The notes: a model not told the origin generated them from the letters alone. DNA of 61,495 nt, filler included, from Stramenopiles sp. TOSAG23-6 (GCA_900128565.1; 11 parts of 11 records of this genome joined end to end with filler, not necessarily neighbours in it), one strand, 5' to 3'. Numbered from the whole stretch's first letter, positions 11,251-22,686 are shown. Translations and numbers: made by a program.

Positions 11251-12199
11251 TTAATGATCGCACAGAAAATATTTTCAAAACGGAGGCAATCGATGATAAA
11301 ACTGGTCTTGGTCTTTGGCCTGCGTCAGTAGTTTTATCTCACTGGTTAGTCGATATTCGTCGTAAATTTAAAAATTCAACCATTGCGGAGCTTGGTGCAG
11401 GTTGTGGTCTTGCTGGAATCGTCGCTGCTCGGTATACAAAGGCCTCACATGTTGTCATAACAGATCGTTATGACGTTACTGTGGCTAACTTGCGACACAA
11501 TGTGGATGTAAATTGTAACGAAGCGGCAAAAGGAAAAGGTGCAAGAACGGACGTTAAATCTGTTGACTGGGCTGATGATTCGGCTTGGGGAGATTGGGGT
11601 GGAAAAGGTAAGCGTTTTGATGCTGTGATTGGGGCAGATTTAGTGTATCACAAAGATGTTATCTCTATATTTCTCAGTACAATTAATTCAATCTTAAAAC
11701 CTGGAGGATCATTTTATTATGTCAGTCAGGAAAATCGTGGTGGATTGATACAATTATTAGAACAAGCCTGTACGTTTTTATTTCAATTTTTTTTCGTACG
11801 TAATTTTGTACCTAAGGATTTAATTTGTTTTTTCATTCAAAACCAAATCCAAACATTGTGTCTATATTTTTCCGTGTTGTACTATTGTACATATAACAAT
11901 AAAACAATAAAACATTCAAAAAAGAAAAAAAATCTAATCATTTTGAATAATTTGAAATATTCTTTTACGAAACATCAAGTTTTGGCTTACAACTTTTGAA
12001 TGGTCGTGAAGCTCCTCATAGATATCGAAGCAATCCTTTAGTGGGTCGAACAAATCTGGAATGTGATTTATTCTTATCTGGCCTATTACCAGATTCTGGT
12101 ACGACTCTGAATGCCCAAACTGGAACAAATGGAACGAACCCTGGAGGAGATAAAGAGAAAGTTAATTTTCGTCTCTTTGAGTTTAAAAAAGAAAATTAA
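11251..12199 (+). CDS. Methyltransf_16 (METTL21/EEF2KMT-like) lysine methyltransferase, 5'-partial
   Basis: DKTGLGLWPASVVL, ELGAGCGLAG, VITD, VDW, VIGADLVY; intron 11770-11975. Confidence 0.85.
11770..11975 (+). mobile_element. Extended introner-derived intron, GT-AT
   Basis: CT|GTACGT..TACCTAAG..CTAAT..GAAACAT|CA gives EQASSFGLQ; the nearest AG is out of frame. Confidence 0.7.
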
Positions 12200-12307
12200 A
12201 GTGTATAATGTATGCCAATTTTGATTTGTATTATTCAATTGTTGTGTATTTCAAAAAAAATAATTTTTACATCTCTACACATAAAACTAGAAAAGAGAGA
12301 TAANACC

Positions 12308-15076
12308 TCAATTACAGAGCATACTTTGGAATGATCCTTGCAAAGACTTTGCTAAACCACTAACTTTTGATTTCACTGTAGTGACACATTTAGATCCTTG
12401 AAATCGAAGCTCAACTAGTGCAATAGCCTCATTAACCATAACTATAGAAAAATAAGCAACATCTAAATTTTGAACGTTTCGATTTGTTATAAAGTGAACA
12501 TTAAAAGATTCAAGATTCGAACTAACTGCGTCCACATTTGTTGATTTCAATGAGTTTAATTCAAATGAAAATTCATTTGGTTGTTCAATAGCTTTCCATT
12601 CTGCCAAAAACTTCTGTTTACACTTATTATCAGTTTCAGCAAGTTTTTCTTTTGTAAAGAGTGCGCACATATCAAAAGGTATATAAAAAAATGCAACACT
12701 GCCAGATAAATTGTTTTTAATGGCTGCTTGTTGACCTCGGGGATCATATGCTGATGTCTTTTGGCTACTAACAACACTGAGNGGAATCGTTTGTGTAGGA
12801 GATGTCTCGCCAGGGTTTAAAGAACCTACGTCAATTGTCACTGAATTTGGTTTTAAACCGAAAAAATTCTTATTAAATTGAAGAGCTAATTTACTTATTT
12901 TGTTTGATTGGGAGGTGTTTGTTACCTGTAATTGAAGTGAAAGTAAATCATCCACACGAGTAAAAGCTGCACGCATGACAAATTCATTGGAGGTATTTCC
13001 GTTCCACTTCAAAGCAATATCGTTTAGCTGAACTGACTTCTGTGACTGATTGCCCATCAAATCATCACTCCCACCAAACAAATCATCAATGAAAGAGTCA
13101 CCACCGTCAGTTTTAGATTTTACAGGATCATTATTAGACTCTTCTAAGTCTAAACCTAATAAATCAATTCCATTCACATCATCGCCATGAGAATTCTGAG
13201 TTGCTTCTTCCTCGTCTGATGAATCAGACGACTCATCCGAATCATTCGAGTCATCTGAAGAATCAGAGAAATCGTCTCCTCCAAGTCCTGCATTCTTCTT
13301 GATAGTAACAAAAGCATTGGGTGGTTTATGATAAATAGCAGCAAGAGTTGACATATGAGACAATAATTCATCCAGGAGATCCGGAGAAAGTTCACATGTA
13401 TCATCTGCAATTACAGGTTTGTCAGCCAATACTACCGCTTTAGCCGCTTTTGCATCCGTCGAAAGCAAACGCCAATAAATATATCCTCGATCACGCAAAT
13501 CCGGATCATCACTTTTTTCTGTTGCAAGATTAAGGATGCTTTGTACCATATCTTGGGTCTCACTAGGCTTCTTTAAAAACAATTTAACCACAGCAGTTAA
13601 TAATTGTAATTGAACTTGCACAGGTTCATCTTCAAATGTATCCATGAAATGCTCTAATAATTCATCAGCGTTGTCAATCCTTTCCGCATATTCTCCAATG
13701 ATCCAAACCATTGCTGCCTTTGCTTCAGGCTCATCAAGCGAAACTAAATTTTCACATAAAGTAGCTATGATACTTTCGTAACGATTTGGATATTTACGAA
13801 AAATATCCTTAATCACTATTATCGCTTCTTGTACTACATAATTGACCTTCGTCTGAATGAGATCTAATAAAACATTTATACATCTCTCAGCAGCACGTTC
13901 AAGTTTGATTGCACAACGTCCAATCGCTCGAACAGATTTTCGTACAAAATCCACATCGACTTCACGAGAGTATTCCTTCAACTCCATCAAAACTTGCTCA
14001 ACATTTCTCTCACAAGTCAACTTTATAATTATTTCCAATTTTTCCATTTTGACATAAATAGGATCATCATACTTACAAAAGAATACTTTAATTTCTTTCG
14101 TGAGCATGGTCGGTAATTTCTGAACTACAAGGTTGATATTTCGAAGTGCAACGTATTGAATTTCAGGAAACTCGCCATGAGAATGTGACATTAAAGAGAC
14201 TAACGGCGGTGCCATTTTCTTTATAAGATGAGCTTCAGACTCTTTGCAGCCTAGAAAAGGCATATATCTCATAATGACTTTAATTGCAGATAATACCACT
14301 GCAGAATTGGCATGTTTTAAGCGTGGCACAACTCTTTCAACAATACTCTCCGCTTCCCTTTCGTCCTTAGGTGAGTATCCGGCTAGGGCATCTAAGATAA
14401 AAACCTGTCCCCACTCAGAACATTCATTCAAAGCAGCCAATAACTTTTGGAGAACCGATGTTGTAACGCGTAAAACATCAGTACCATGACAATCTTGGAT
14501 TTCTGCAAGTGAAGCTACACTGTTCGCGACAACCATTGGATTTGAATCTGAAATAAGTTCCTGGAGCATCTTGATGAAACCTTGCACTTCTACAAGTTCG
14601 GGGGAAATATCATACAACTTTGCAACGCATACAGCAGCTGTCTTGCGCACATATGGATCTTCGTCCTTCAAGGCTTGGCGGAGAGGTTTACATAAATATT
14701 CTGTAATTTTATCCACACGAATACAGCCCATTGTTCGTACAGCTAAAGCACGAATTAGTGCGTTTGGATCGCGGGTGTCGCGTTGAAATGTGTTTACTGC
14801 AAGAATTGCAAGATCAGGATTTGACTTTGCATAATTCATTACATACAAGTATACCAGTTTCTTAAGCTCAAGATCATCTGTCTGCATACAGTTAAGGACA
14901 ACAGTGAACAAACTTGACACGTCTTTTCCAACAGTCATGGCAGCAATTACTTTTTTGACTGCCTCCTTTTGGATATCCTGTTTCCCAGACACTAAGTCCT
15001 TTTTCAATTCTGCGATTTCACCTTTTTTGGTAGTCATGAAGAACTTACCACCACCATTTCTTCTAGACTTTGACAT
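12308..15076 (-). CDS. AP1B1: AP-1/AP-2 complex beta subunit (beta adaptin), intronless
   Basis: [64 protein letters not shown], ear domain. Confidence 0.96.
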   Translation of the reverse strand: MSKSRRNGGGKFFMTTKKGEIAELKKDLVSGKQDIQKEAVKKVIAAMTVGKDVSSLFTVVLNCMQTDDLELKKLVYLYVMNYAKSNPDLAILAVNTFQRDTRDPNALIRALAVRTMGCIRVDKITEYLCKPLRQALKDEDPYVRKTAAVCVAKLYDISPELVEVQGFIKMLQELISDSNPMVVANSVASLAEIQDCHGTDVLRVTTSVLQKLLAALNECSEWGQVFILDALAGYSPKDEREAESIVERVVPRLKHANSAVVLSAIKVIMRYMPFLGCKESEAHLIKKMAPPLVSLMSHSHGEFPEIQYVALRNINLVVQKLPTMLTKEIKVFFCKYDDPIYVKMEKLEIIIKLTCERNVEQVLMELKEYSREVDVDFVRKSVRAIGRCAIKLERAAERCINVLLDLIQTKVNYVVQEAIIVIKDIFRKYPNRYESIIATLCENLVSLDEPEAKAAMVWIIGEYAERIDNADELLEHFMDTFEDEPVQVQLQLLTAVVKLFLKKPSETQDMVQSILNLATEKSDDPDLRDRGYIYWRLLSTDAKAAKAVVLADKPVIADDTCELSPDLLDELLSHMSTLAAIYHKPPNAFVTIKKNAGLGGDDFSDSSDDSNDSDESSDSSDEEEATQNSHGDDVNGIDLLGLDLEESNNDPVKSKTDGGDSFIDDLFGGSDDLMGNQSQKSVQLNDIALKWNGNTSNEFVMRAAFTRVDDLLSLQLQVTNTSQSNKISKLALQFNKNFFGLKPNSVTIDVGSLNPGETSPTQTIXLSVVSSQKTSAYDPRGQQAAIKNNLSGSVAFFYIPFDMCALFTKEKLAETDNKCKQKFLAEWKAIEQPNEFSFELNSLKSTNVDAVSSNLESFNVHFITNRNVQNLDVAYFSIVMVNEAIALVELRFQGSKCVTTVKSKVSGLAKSLQGSFQSMLCN

Positions 15077-15380
15077 TGCTTTCTTATTCAATGTGAAACT
15101 TCGCGAATCTAGAAGCGACTGCAAACAAAAGCTAGAGGTCTTCAGAGAATGGAGCCGTGTTTCGACGTGTTTCGACTCGAGATTTAATTTAGAAATTTTA
15201 GATTCGCAAAACAAAACACGAAAAAATACAAAACCGACAACATCGACGCATCAATTGAACTTGAAAAACTAACGATTCAAGTATTACAAAAACAAAAAGA
15301 GAGAGTTCTTCGAGGAGAGAAACTTTTGGTGTAAAATTCCATTAAACACGTATAAACGCTAAAAGCTATACTTTAGAAAA

Positions 15381-15850
15381 ATGCCACATGATAATATCAC
15401 ATCACGTATCGAGTATTCAGAAAAGTACAACGACGAACATTATGAATATCGGTAAGTTGCCCTTCCCCCATGGAAATGAATACCTTTATAATATCCTTTC
15501 AGAAAGTTATATCCCACCATATCACTCANNNNNNNNNNNNNNNNNNNNNNNNNNNNNNNNNNNNNNNNNNNNNNNNNNNNNNNNNNNNNNNNNNNNNNNN
15601 NNNNNNNNNNNNNNNNNNNNNNNNNNNNNNNNNNNNNNNNNNNNNNNNNNNNNNNNNNNNNNNNNNNNNNNNNNNNNNNNNNNNNNNNNNCCCAGAACCA
15701 CACATCCTCCTCTTTCGAAGACCTCTTGGGACAGATCCAGCCACTGGAAAGGTCGATAGCAAAGCAGCAGAAGCAGCTAAGAAACAATATAGGTCCAAGT
15801 ACCTCGGAGAGAGTGAAAACACAAACGGTGGAAACGCGAACGCTAAATAA
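15381..15850 (+). CDS. CKS1: Cyclin-dependent kinase regulatory subunit; intron with GTAAGT donor at 15452, middle in gap
   Basis: IEYSEKYNDEHYEYR | ..PEPHILLFRRPLGTDP. Confidence 0.9.
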
Positions 15851-16020
15851 AATGAGTGTGTTTTTTTATTATTTTTTAAACATTGTTGTGACGCAGTAAC
15901 AAGCAATATATTTTATGAAAGCTCTATATTCCTTTTAGACAATATATACTTAATATTATATAAGAGTATTCTGTTGAAACGGATAATTTATTCAATAATA
16001 AAAACATCATTTCACCCAAA

Positions 16021-16100
16021 TATACATTTTTTTTTTCACATTTTTTTTTTTGATACGAAATTTCGTACCTAACGATTTTTTTTTTAAATTTTCACAATTT
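16021..16100 (+). mobile_element. Decayed introner copy in intergenic/3' region
   Basis: GATACGAAATTTCGTACCTAACGATTTTT..TTTTCACAAT, with no intact donor or acceptor. Confidence 0.6.
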
Positions 16101-16213
16101 TGGTTAAGATCTTGAAGGATTATCCAATATACATTTGCATGAAATGTACACAACGAACTAACCCTAACCCTATTAACGAGGTCTTTGCAGTAGAACTTCA
16201 TTCTTTACGATAT

Positions 16214-16772
16214 TCATGACAATACTTTGATTTGTTGTAGATATTCCCTATAAGACTCTTCTACTAATGGACCTTTAGGAGCTTCAACGAATTTTACTTT
16301 TGCATTACTTTTTTCTTTTACCTTACCGTTAGCATCCTTAGGGTTAGGGTTAGGGTGAGCATCCTTTTTCAAAATCATTTCAATCAAACGTTCCCAGTCC
16401 CAAACCCAACGTCTAGTATTGAACAGAGGTAATACTTCTCTCGATGTGGCTAATTGATATTTGATTTTTTCAAGATTTTCACTTGAATTGCCAAAAGACA
16501 CAGCAATCTCTTCATATTCTTTGAGAGATTTAGCAATCAAACAAGGTATATTTGCAGCTGTTACTATCGACGCAGCGACGCGAGACGCCAATATATTGTA
16601 AACAAATATGTCAAATTTGAAGTTGTTTAGGAAAAGTATTTTCATAAAAAAAAAGACACGTAATATTACCAAAAGAACTAGCTCGTTCACTTCAAAAAAA
16701 TACACTGCTCGCAGAGAAAGAGTGGCGTGGAATCGGAGTTCAACAGAGTCGCGGGTGGCAACACTACGCCGT
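16214..16772 (-). CDS. O-GlcNAc transferase (OGT/SEC/SPY family) C-terminal fragment
   Basis: EQLASRVAASI..LIAKSLKEYEEIAV..PLFNTRRWVWDWE. Confidence 0.8.
16591..16703 (-). other. Diverged GT-AT intron
   Basis: CAGT|GTATTT..TTCCTAAAC..TACAATATAT|TG gives EQLASRV. Confidence 0.65.
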
Positions 16773-16872
16773 NNNNNNNNNNNNNNNNNNNNNNNNNNNN
16801 NNNNNNNNNNNNNNNNTTAATTAATTAANNNNNNNNNNNNNNNNNNNNNNNNNNNNNNNNNNNNNNNNNNNN

Positions 16873-16961
16873 TTGGAAAAATATTTCAAAAAAAAAACTT
16901 AAATTTGTTAGGTACAAAATTACGTACAAAAAAAATTCATACAAAAAAAAATAAAACATAC
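16873..16961 (-). mobile_element. Introner, 3' end lost in gap
   Basis: AGAT|GTATGT..TACCTAAC..ATTTTTCCAA. Confidence 0.75.
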
Positions 16962-17633
16962 ATCTCCCATTAACACTTTTTCGTAATCTCGGTAACAACC
17001 CAATAGAAAATGCAGCTCGAGTATACACCTATAAAGTTTAAATAAAAAAAAAAAGTCAAAATAGTCAAAAATATTTTTTTTTTCGTTAGGTACAAAATTT
17101 CGTATGAAAAAAAATTAATAATTTTCATGATTAAAAAAAACATACGTGAAGAGATAATTTTTGATCAAGACCATCAATAGTTGGTGTAAATCCTTGAATG
17201 GTTGCCATACCTTGAGAGAGAATTAAATAATCCAATGGTAGCTTAGATTGTAAAAGGGAATTCACACAAACATTTACATTAGACATTGAAAAGCAATCAC
17301 AGGCAATAAATTCAAATTTACTGTTTGTTTCGGATGGAGCGTTAGACTTCATTTCTGCCACAATTTTTTCTCCACGTTCTTTCGAACGTCCAACAATTGT
17401 CACAGATGCATCTGCTGTGGCCAAGCGTAAAGCAATACCAGCACCAATACGATAATGTAAATAAATATATCGACGATAAACACAATATTAATTTGAATAT
17501 ATATATTATATAGAGAGTGTTTTGTATTGAATGTTCAATATGCAGCATACCCTGAAGTACCTCCAATGATTACAGCGGTTTTACCCTGAAGTGAAAGAGA
17601 TGCATTAGCTAGTATCGCTTTTCGGAGAGACAT
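16962..17633 (-). CDS. Short-chain dehydrogenase/reductase, 3'-partial
   Basis: GKTAVIIGGTSGIGAGIA, VTIVGRS, FIACD, LDYLILSQG, GLDQKLSLHVYTR. Confidence 0.9.
17029..17145 (-). mobile_element. Introner-like intron, GT-AG
   Basis: CAC|GTATGT..TACCTAAC..TTTATAG|GTG. Confidence 0.8.
17450..17550 (-). other. Non-family intron, apparent GT-CG
   Basis: TCAGG|GTATGC..CATTATCG|TATTGGT is required for GGTSGIG. Confidence 0.7.
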
Positions 17634-17922
17634 TGAGGCTGGGTCAACACTAACTACAAGTTCGTTTTTTAATATAAAAACTAAACGAAAAGAGAAGAAG
17701 AAAATATATACTATACAGGTACTTATAAGTTATACGTAGCAAAATTATTTTTGACTCGTGAAAGATAAAACCCTAACCCTAAACCTAACCGTTATTTTTT
17801 TGTTGTTTTAACGGTTTACGTTACTCTCGAGAGATTATATCGAGCGACAAAAACTCTCTACTATATTATATATAAAGATTTTCCAACTCTTCCTTATAAA
17901 CTACAACTAAATATTCCAAAGC

Positions 17923-18393
17923 ATGGTTAAACTTCTTTCAGTATCGATTATCGTCACTTTATTTGGCATTCCCATGGTTCAGGCGGCTAAGGCAGCTAAG
18001 GCAGCAGTGCGTGTCTTGCGCCCAGTCTTGCAACCAATAGCGAAGGCCAACAAAGATTTTTCTTTGAGTAAAGCAACTCAGAAACCTGGTTTACAAGCTG
18101 CTAATGAGGTAACCCGAGATGCTATTGGTGTGGTAGCAGCAGAAAATCCTGAAGAAGCAAGAGAAGAAGCAGAAAAAACAATTGACGAAGCTGTTGCACT
18201 AGCAACACAAACAGCAGGAGATGCAGCAGCAGAAGCAGCAACAAAACAACTCCATAAGACAGCAGCAGGCGACACAGTTGACCCAACAGTTAAGGCTATA
18301 ATTACACAAGCAACAGATACAGCAGGAAAAGCAGCAGCAACAGCAGTAAAAAAAAAAATCCGCGAACTTAAACTATTTGATGGCTTGTGGTGA
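17923..18393 (+). CDS. Secreted Ala-rich hypothetical protein
   Basis: N-terminal hydrophobic signal MVKLLSVSIIVTLFGIPMVQA. Confidence 0.6.
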   Translation: MVKLLSVSIIVTLFGIPMVQAAKAAKAAVRVLRPVLQPIAKANKDFSLSKATQKPGLQAANEVTRDAIGVVAAENPEEAREEAEKTIDEAVALATQTAGDAAAEAATKQLHKTAAGDTVDPTVKAIITQATDTAGKAAATAVKKKIRELKLFDGLW

Positions 18394-18472
18394 ACAAAAC
18401 GTTGTTGTAGCAGCTGGTCCTGCACTAAGTCAACATTCGTCGAGGGTTAGGGTTTGTGGTGATACTTTTTTT

Positions 18473-18640
18473 ACGTCTTTTGACACGTCTTTTTGATTTG
18501 AAGAAATTCATTGGTTACTTTGATTTATAATTTATTAAATTCATTCAAGTTTTTAATAAAAACAAGTAAACTGATCTTCTTTTAAAATCAATTTTGTGAA
18601 AGAATAACCCTAACCCTAAGTTTAATTTAACCGTTGTCGT
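18473..18640 (+). repeat. ~170-bp direct repeat, copy 1 (copy 2 at 19687-19872)
   Basis: ACGTCTTTTGACACGTCTTTTTGATTTGAAGAAA..TCAATTTTGTGAAAGAATAACCCTAACCCT is shared. Confidence 0.9.
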
Positions 18641-18669
18641 TTTTCCGTTTTTCCAATTGATGAATCAAT

Positions 18670-19533
18670 TTAATGAAAAAACTCCTTGGGAATACGACCA
18701 GTCCCCCACCCACGTGGTTGCCCACGTGGTTGCCGCCATGTTTTTTTTATTGTTTTTTGTGGTCCACCGGGACTCCACTCACGGGAGGGATTCCTAAGTT
18801 TGCGTTGAAGATGTTCAGGTTCAAGATCTTTACTATGTAGATGCGCGGCTATTTCTGCCCAAGCTACTTCAGGAAGTCTAGGATCGTTCTTTTTGCGAAA
18901 TAGGTTGTTTAACACGTTTGTACGTACTTTGACCAGATCTTCCTTGGCTTTCCTTTGCATTTCAGTCTTCATTCTATCTGAAGCATATCCGAGTGCATTA
19001 TCATTTTGTCGAACAGCAGCCAATACAATTTCACCATTATCCTTCATTTCATCTGAAGCCCAATAGAGTACATTACCATTTTGTCGAACAGCAGCCAATA
19101 CAATTTCAGGATCATTTCTGAGTTCTTGTGAAGCATACTCGAGTAAAAAGCCATTTTGTTGAACAGCAGCCAATATAATATTACCATTTTTTTTCATTTC
19201 ATCTGAAGCATATCCGAGTGCAGAAGCTTTTTGTCGAACAGCAGCCAATACAACTTCAGGATCACTTCTGAGATCTTCTGAAGCATATTCGAGTGCAGTA
19301 CCATTTTGTCGAACAGCAGCCAATACAATTTCACGATCACTTCTGAGATCTTCTGAAGCATATTGGAGTGCAGTACCATTTTGTTGAACAGCATTCAATA
19401 AGCGGTCACGACTACTCAATTCCATGGAAACAACCAAAGAGCTCAGGATAAATAGTACACTTAGCCAAAGGGTACTCGATACCAAAGGGTAATGGAACAT
19501 TACTCTTCGACGTAGCAGCATAGAAGGTTTCAT
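18670..19533 (-). CDS. DUF4116-type repeat protein with N-terminal signal/TM
   Basis: About six 25-aa repeats DREIVLAAVRQNGTALEYASEDLRS. Confidence 0.8.
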   Translation of the reverse strand: MKPSMLLRRRVMFHYPLVSSTLWLSVLFILSSLVVSMELSSRDRLLNAVQQNGTALQYASEDLRSDREIVLAAVRQNGTALEYASEDLRSDPEVVLAAVRQKASALGYASDEMKKNGNIILAAVQQNGFLLEYASQELRNDPEIVLAAVRQNGNVLYWASDEMKDNGEIVLAAVRQNDNALGYASDRMKTEMQRKAKEDLVKVRTNVLNNLFRKKNDPRLPEVAWAEIAAHLHSKDLEPEHLQRKLRNPSREWSPGGPQKTIKKTWRQPRGQPRGWGTGRIPKEFFH

Positions 19534-19686
19534 TATTGTAGAGAAGGAGCTCGGGAGCTCGGTAGTAGCTTTATGTGCGCTTTATGTTTTAGAAGTGATG
19601 AAAAAAAACCGTCCAATTTTCAAATTAAAAAAAAAAAGGAAGTTCTGCTAAGCGAAGGGGACAGACCTGCTCGAGATTGTGTTTCA

Positions 19687-19872
19687 ACGTCTTTTGACAC
19701 GTCTTTTTGATTTGAAGAAAATCATTGGTTACTTTGATTTATAATTCATTAAATTCATTCAAGTTTTTAATAAAAATACGTAAAAACACCTGATCAATCT
19801 TCCTTTTGAAATCAATTTTGTGAAAGAATAACCCTAACCCTTGTCCCAAGAATGTTTTTTAACCGTCGTCGT
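19687..19872 (+). repeat. ~170-bp direct repeat, copy 2
   Basis: Matches 18473-18640. Confidence 0.9.
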
Positions 19873-20213
19873 ATTACAATTAATACTCTTTTTTTTTTTT
19901 TCGGCGTTTTTTTTTTTTTGTGAAAATTTATGAAAAATAACGTATATTTAGAGTTTGGGTTAACTCTATATGTATAAAGAGAAGGAATAGATTCTAGCTC
20001 CTCATCCATGCAAAGTGCTCATGACTAACTAATCTCATTTCACTTTTGATTCTCATCGCATTTTTCTTCATTTACATCCTACTGACAGCGACAGGCAGCC
20101 TCAATAACTGTTTTAAAATACTTCTTTTTATCTCCAGGGAATACACCGAATAAGTAGACGACATACAATCACGACTGCGATAATCCATCCTCATATATGA
20201 AGGCTTACTTATT

Positions 20214-20609
20214 ATGGTAGCAGAACAAGATGAAGTAAAAACTACAGCAGAAGTAGTAGCAGATGCAGTAGCCGAAGCAGAAGAAGCTACAGCAAAAGTA
20301 ATTGCAGAAGCAGTAGCAGCAGTAGCAAAAACTCAAATGGCAGTAGCAGAAGTCATAGCAGCCCAAAAATTAGCCGCAAAAGAAGCAAAAGAAAAAGTAG
20401 TCATAGCTCAAAGAACAGCAGCAAAAGAAGCAACCGCCGCCGCCCTTCAACCACATCTAATGAATGATATGAATGAATTTTTACTTCTTGCAATTGTAGC
20501 AAAACAAGAAGAAGCAGCTCAAAAAGCCGCAGAAAAAGTATCAGACACTCAAATGATTGTTGCTAAAGAAACTAACAAAAAACGACAAAATCATTGTATT
20601 CGTAGATAA
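20214..20609 (+). CDS. Ala/Glu/Lys-rich hypothetical protein
   Basis: 131-aa ORF with strong GCA/GAA codon bias, resembling 17923-18393. Confidence 0.5.
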   Translation: MVAEQDEVKTTAEVVADAVAEAEEATAKVIAEAVAAVAKTQMAVAEVIAAQKLAAKEAKEKVVIAQRTAAKEATAAALQPHLMNDMNEFLLLAIVAKQEEAAQKAAEKVSDTQMIVAKETNKKRQNHCIRR

Positions 20610-20916
20610 AAAAGTAAAATATACCAAAAATTTCAAAGATTTCAAAAATTTCAAAACAATTCCTAGAATTGTACGTATATATATATATAGTGATGTTCCG
20701 TACCATATTTCTGTACTAAAAAAAAAAATAATAATTTATTTCATTTGTTTGTAACTAATAAAATAATATGATCAAGATTTTATTTTCATATTTAGTTCAT
20801 TGCTTCATTCACAAAATTTCGCAAAATAAAGAAACACTACATATATATGCTTTTGAAAACGTTTACATTTTCTGTTGCATCATCTTACAGGAGCCCTAGC
20901 ATTTCTATTAATCCTT

Positions 20917-21789
20917 CTATGGCTGCTCTTCTTCTTCGCGGATTGCTTCTAATGCATCTGTTAATTCACTTACTCTGGCTTTTGCCTTTTCTAGACGCTC
21001 ATTGAGATTGTTTTTTTCCCGCCTCAGTAGTGTTTTGGTAATTTTTTCACCAAGGACTGATTTCTTTTTCTTACTACTACAGTCGAATGTTACGTTGCTT
21101 AGGATACTACTAATTGCGTTTGGTTCCTTCTCTTGTTCCTTCTCTTTCAACATCGTCAACATCGTCAAAAATTTAAAGTCGTTTTCGCAAATTTTATGTT
21201 GCTTTTTCCTAAACTGCTTCCAGAGCAGGCGGACATACCTGATTTTCCTTTTGATATTCCATACAAATCTCGTTACTTTTCTTTTCAAAGCACTAAAAAA
21301 ACCTTTTTCCTTTTCCTTTTCATTGTCTAGTTCTAGTTCCCGTATTTTTTGGTCTTCCCAGGATTTTTTTTTTTGTATAAAAACTATATCGTCTTGGATA
21401 CATTGTAATAATTTAGAATCGTTTCCTTTAACTTCGTATTTGTCTTCTTCTTCAGATTCTTCTTCTTCAGATTCTTGTTCAGCTTCTTCTTCTTCTTGGT
21501 TTATTCCATAGAAAACCTTTAATTTATCAAGTTCTTCCTGAACATTCTTGATACACACATTTACTTTCGTCTTGAAACGTTTATGTTTAACAATTAGTGG
21601 AGCATGTACTAAAGAAGCAAGAAATAGTGGGCCCGAAAGGGGTCCAATAACACATGGAATAATTAGACAATTGCCGAAAAAGATTATAAAAAATGCATTC
21701 ATTATAAGAAATCTAACAGGAATAGGTCCAATAAGGACAAACAGTGGTATGTATTGTGGTATCCTTATAGGTAGTGCTATCTGTTTCAA
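20917..21789 (-). CDS. Membrane/coiled-coil hypothetical protein (true start uncertain)
   Basis: 290-aa ORF; hydrophobic N-part, acidic and coiled-coil C-part; preceded by TTTTCAAG, a possible acceptor. Confidence 0.55.
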   Translation of the reverse strand: MKQIALPIRIPQYIPLFVLIGPIPVRFLIMNAFFIIFFGNCLIIPCVIGPLSGPLFLASLVHAPLIVKHKRFKTKVNVCIKNVQEELDKLKVFYGINQEEEEAEQESEEEESEEEDKYEVKGNDSKLLQCIQDDIVFIQKKKSWEDQKIRELELDNEKEKEKGFFSALKRKVTRFVWNIKRKIRYVRLLWKQFRKKQHKICENDFKFLTMLTMLKEKEQEKEPNAISSILSNVTFDCSSKKKKSVLGEKITKTLLRREKNNLNERLEKAKARVSELTDALEAIREEEEQP

Positions 21790-22486
21790 CTTGAAAAATT
21801 TAACAATTTAACCGACGTGTGTTGAAACGTAAATCGTGGAGATCTCAGATTTGACTTTGAACAAACCCTAACCCTACATTTATTTACGAGTAAAAGTAAA
21901 AAACAGTATAAATTTATATATTAATTAGTAAATTCACAATGGGAACGTGACATCTGCTCTCATTTCTATCAAAATGTTCAAAAACTGTTTCATTCACTGT
22001 ACCAGAGTTTTGATGTTTTTGATGTTTAGATTCACATTTTGAAGTACTACCATTTGGACTACAAACATTTCGTTTTTTTTTTCAAATTTGCGACAAACTT
22101 TTTTTTTTCGTGCAAATCCTTCAAAACAGCTTTTTTATGCTGTGAGAGAGGCTTTCGCTTTTTTAAATTTATAATTCGACATCCCTTGGAATCATATATA
22201 TCAGAAAAATCTTTTCTATCAAAGGATTGTTCAAAAACTGTATAATCTAGAGATTTAAACCCTAACCCTAATTCATTCTTTTTTTTGTTTTTTTTGTTTT
22301 TTTTGGGTTTTGAGGTAAAAATTTTATTATTTTTATTATATATGTATTGTGAAGAATAAAACAGAAAAAAAAAAAAAAAAGGTAAGNNNNNNNNNNNNNN
22401 NNNNNNNNNNNNNNNNNNNNNNNNNNNNNNTTAATTAATTAANNNNNNNNNNNNNNNNNNNNNNNNNNNNNNNNNNNNNNNNNNNN

Positions 22487-22686
22487 AAAGTATTTTCATT
22501 TTTTTTTTGAAAAGTATTTTCATCTTTTTTTTGAAAAGTATTTTCATCTTTTTTTTGAAAAGTATTTTCATTTTTTTTTTGAAAAGTATTTTCATCTTTT
22601 TTTTGAAAAGTATTTTCATCTTTTTTTTGAAAAGTATTTTCATTTTTTTTTTGAAAAGTATTTTCATCTTTTTTTTGAAAAGTATC
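22487..22686 (-). repeat. 24-nt coding tandem repeat (ENTFQKKD/N) x >=8
   Basis: GAAAATACTTTTCAAAAAAAARAT units running into the contig end. Confidence 0.9.

Noticed and set aside
12308-15076. Alternative genetic code explaining fragmented ORFs
   Set aside because: Long conserved genes translate cleanly and end in TAA, TAG or TGA; the fragmentation is explained by introns.
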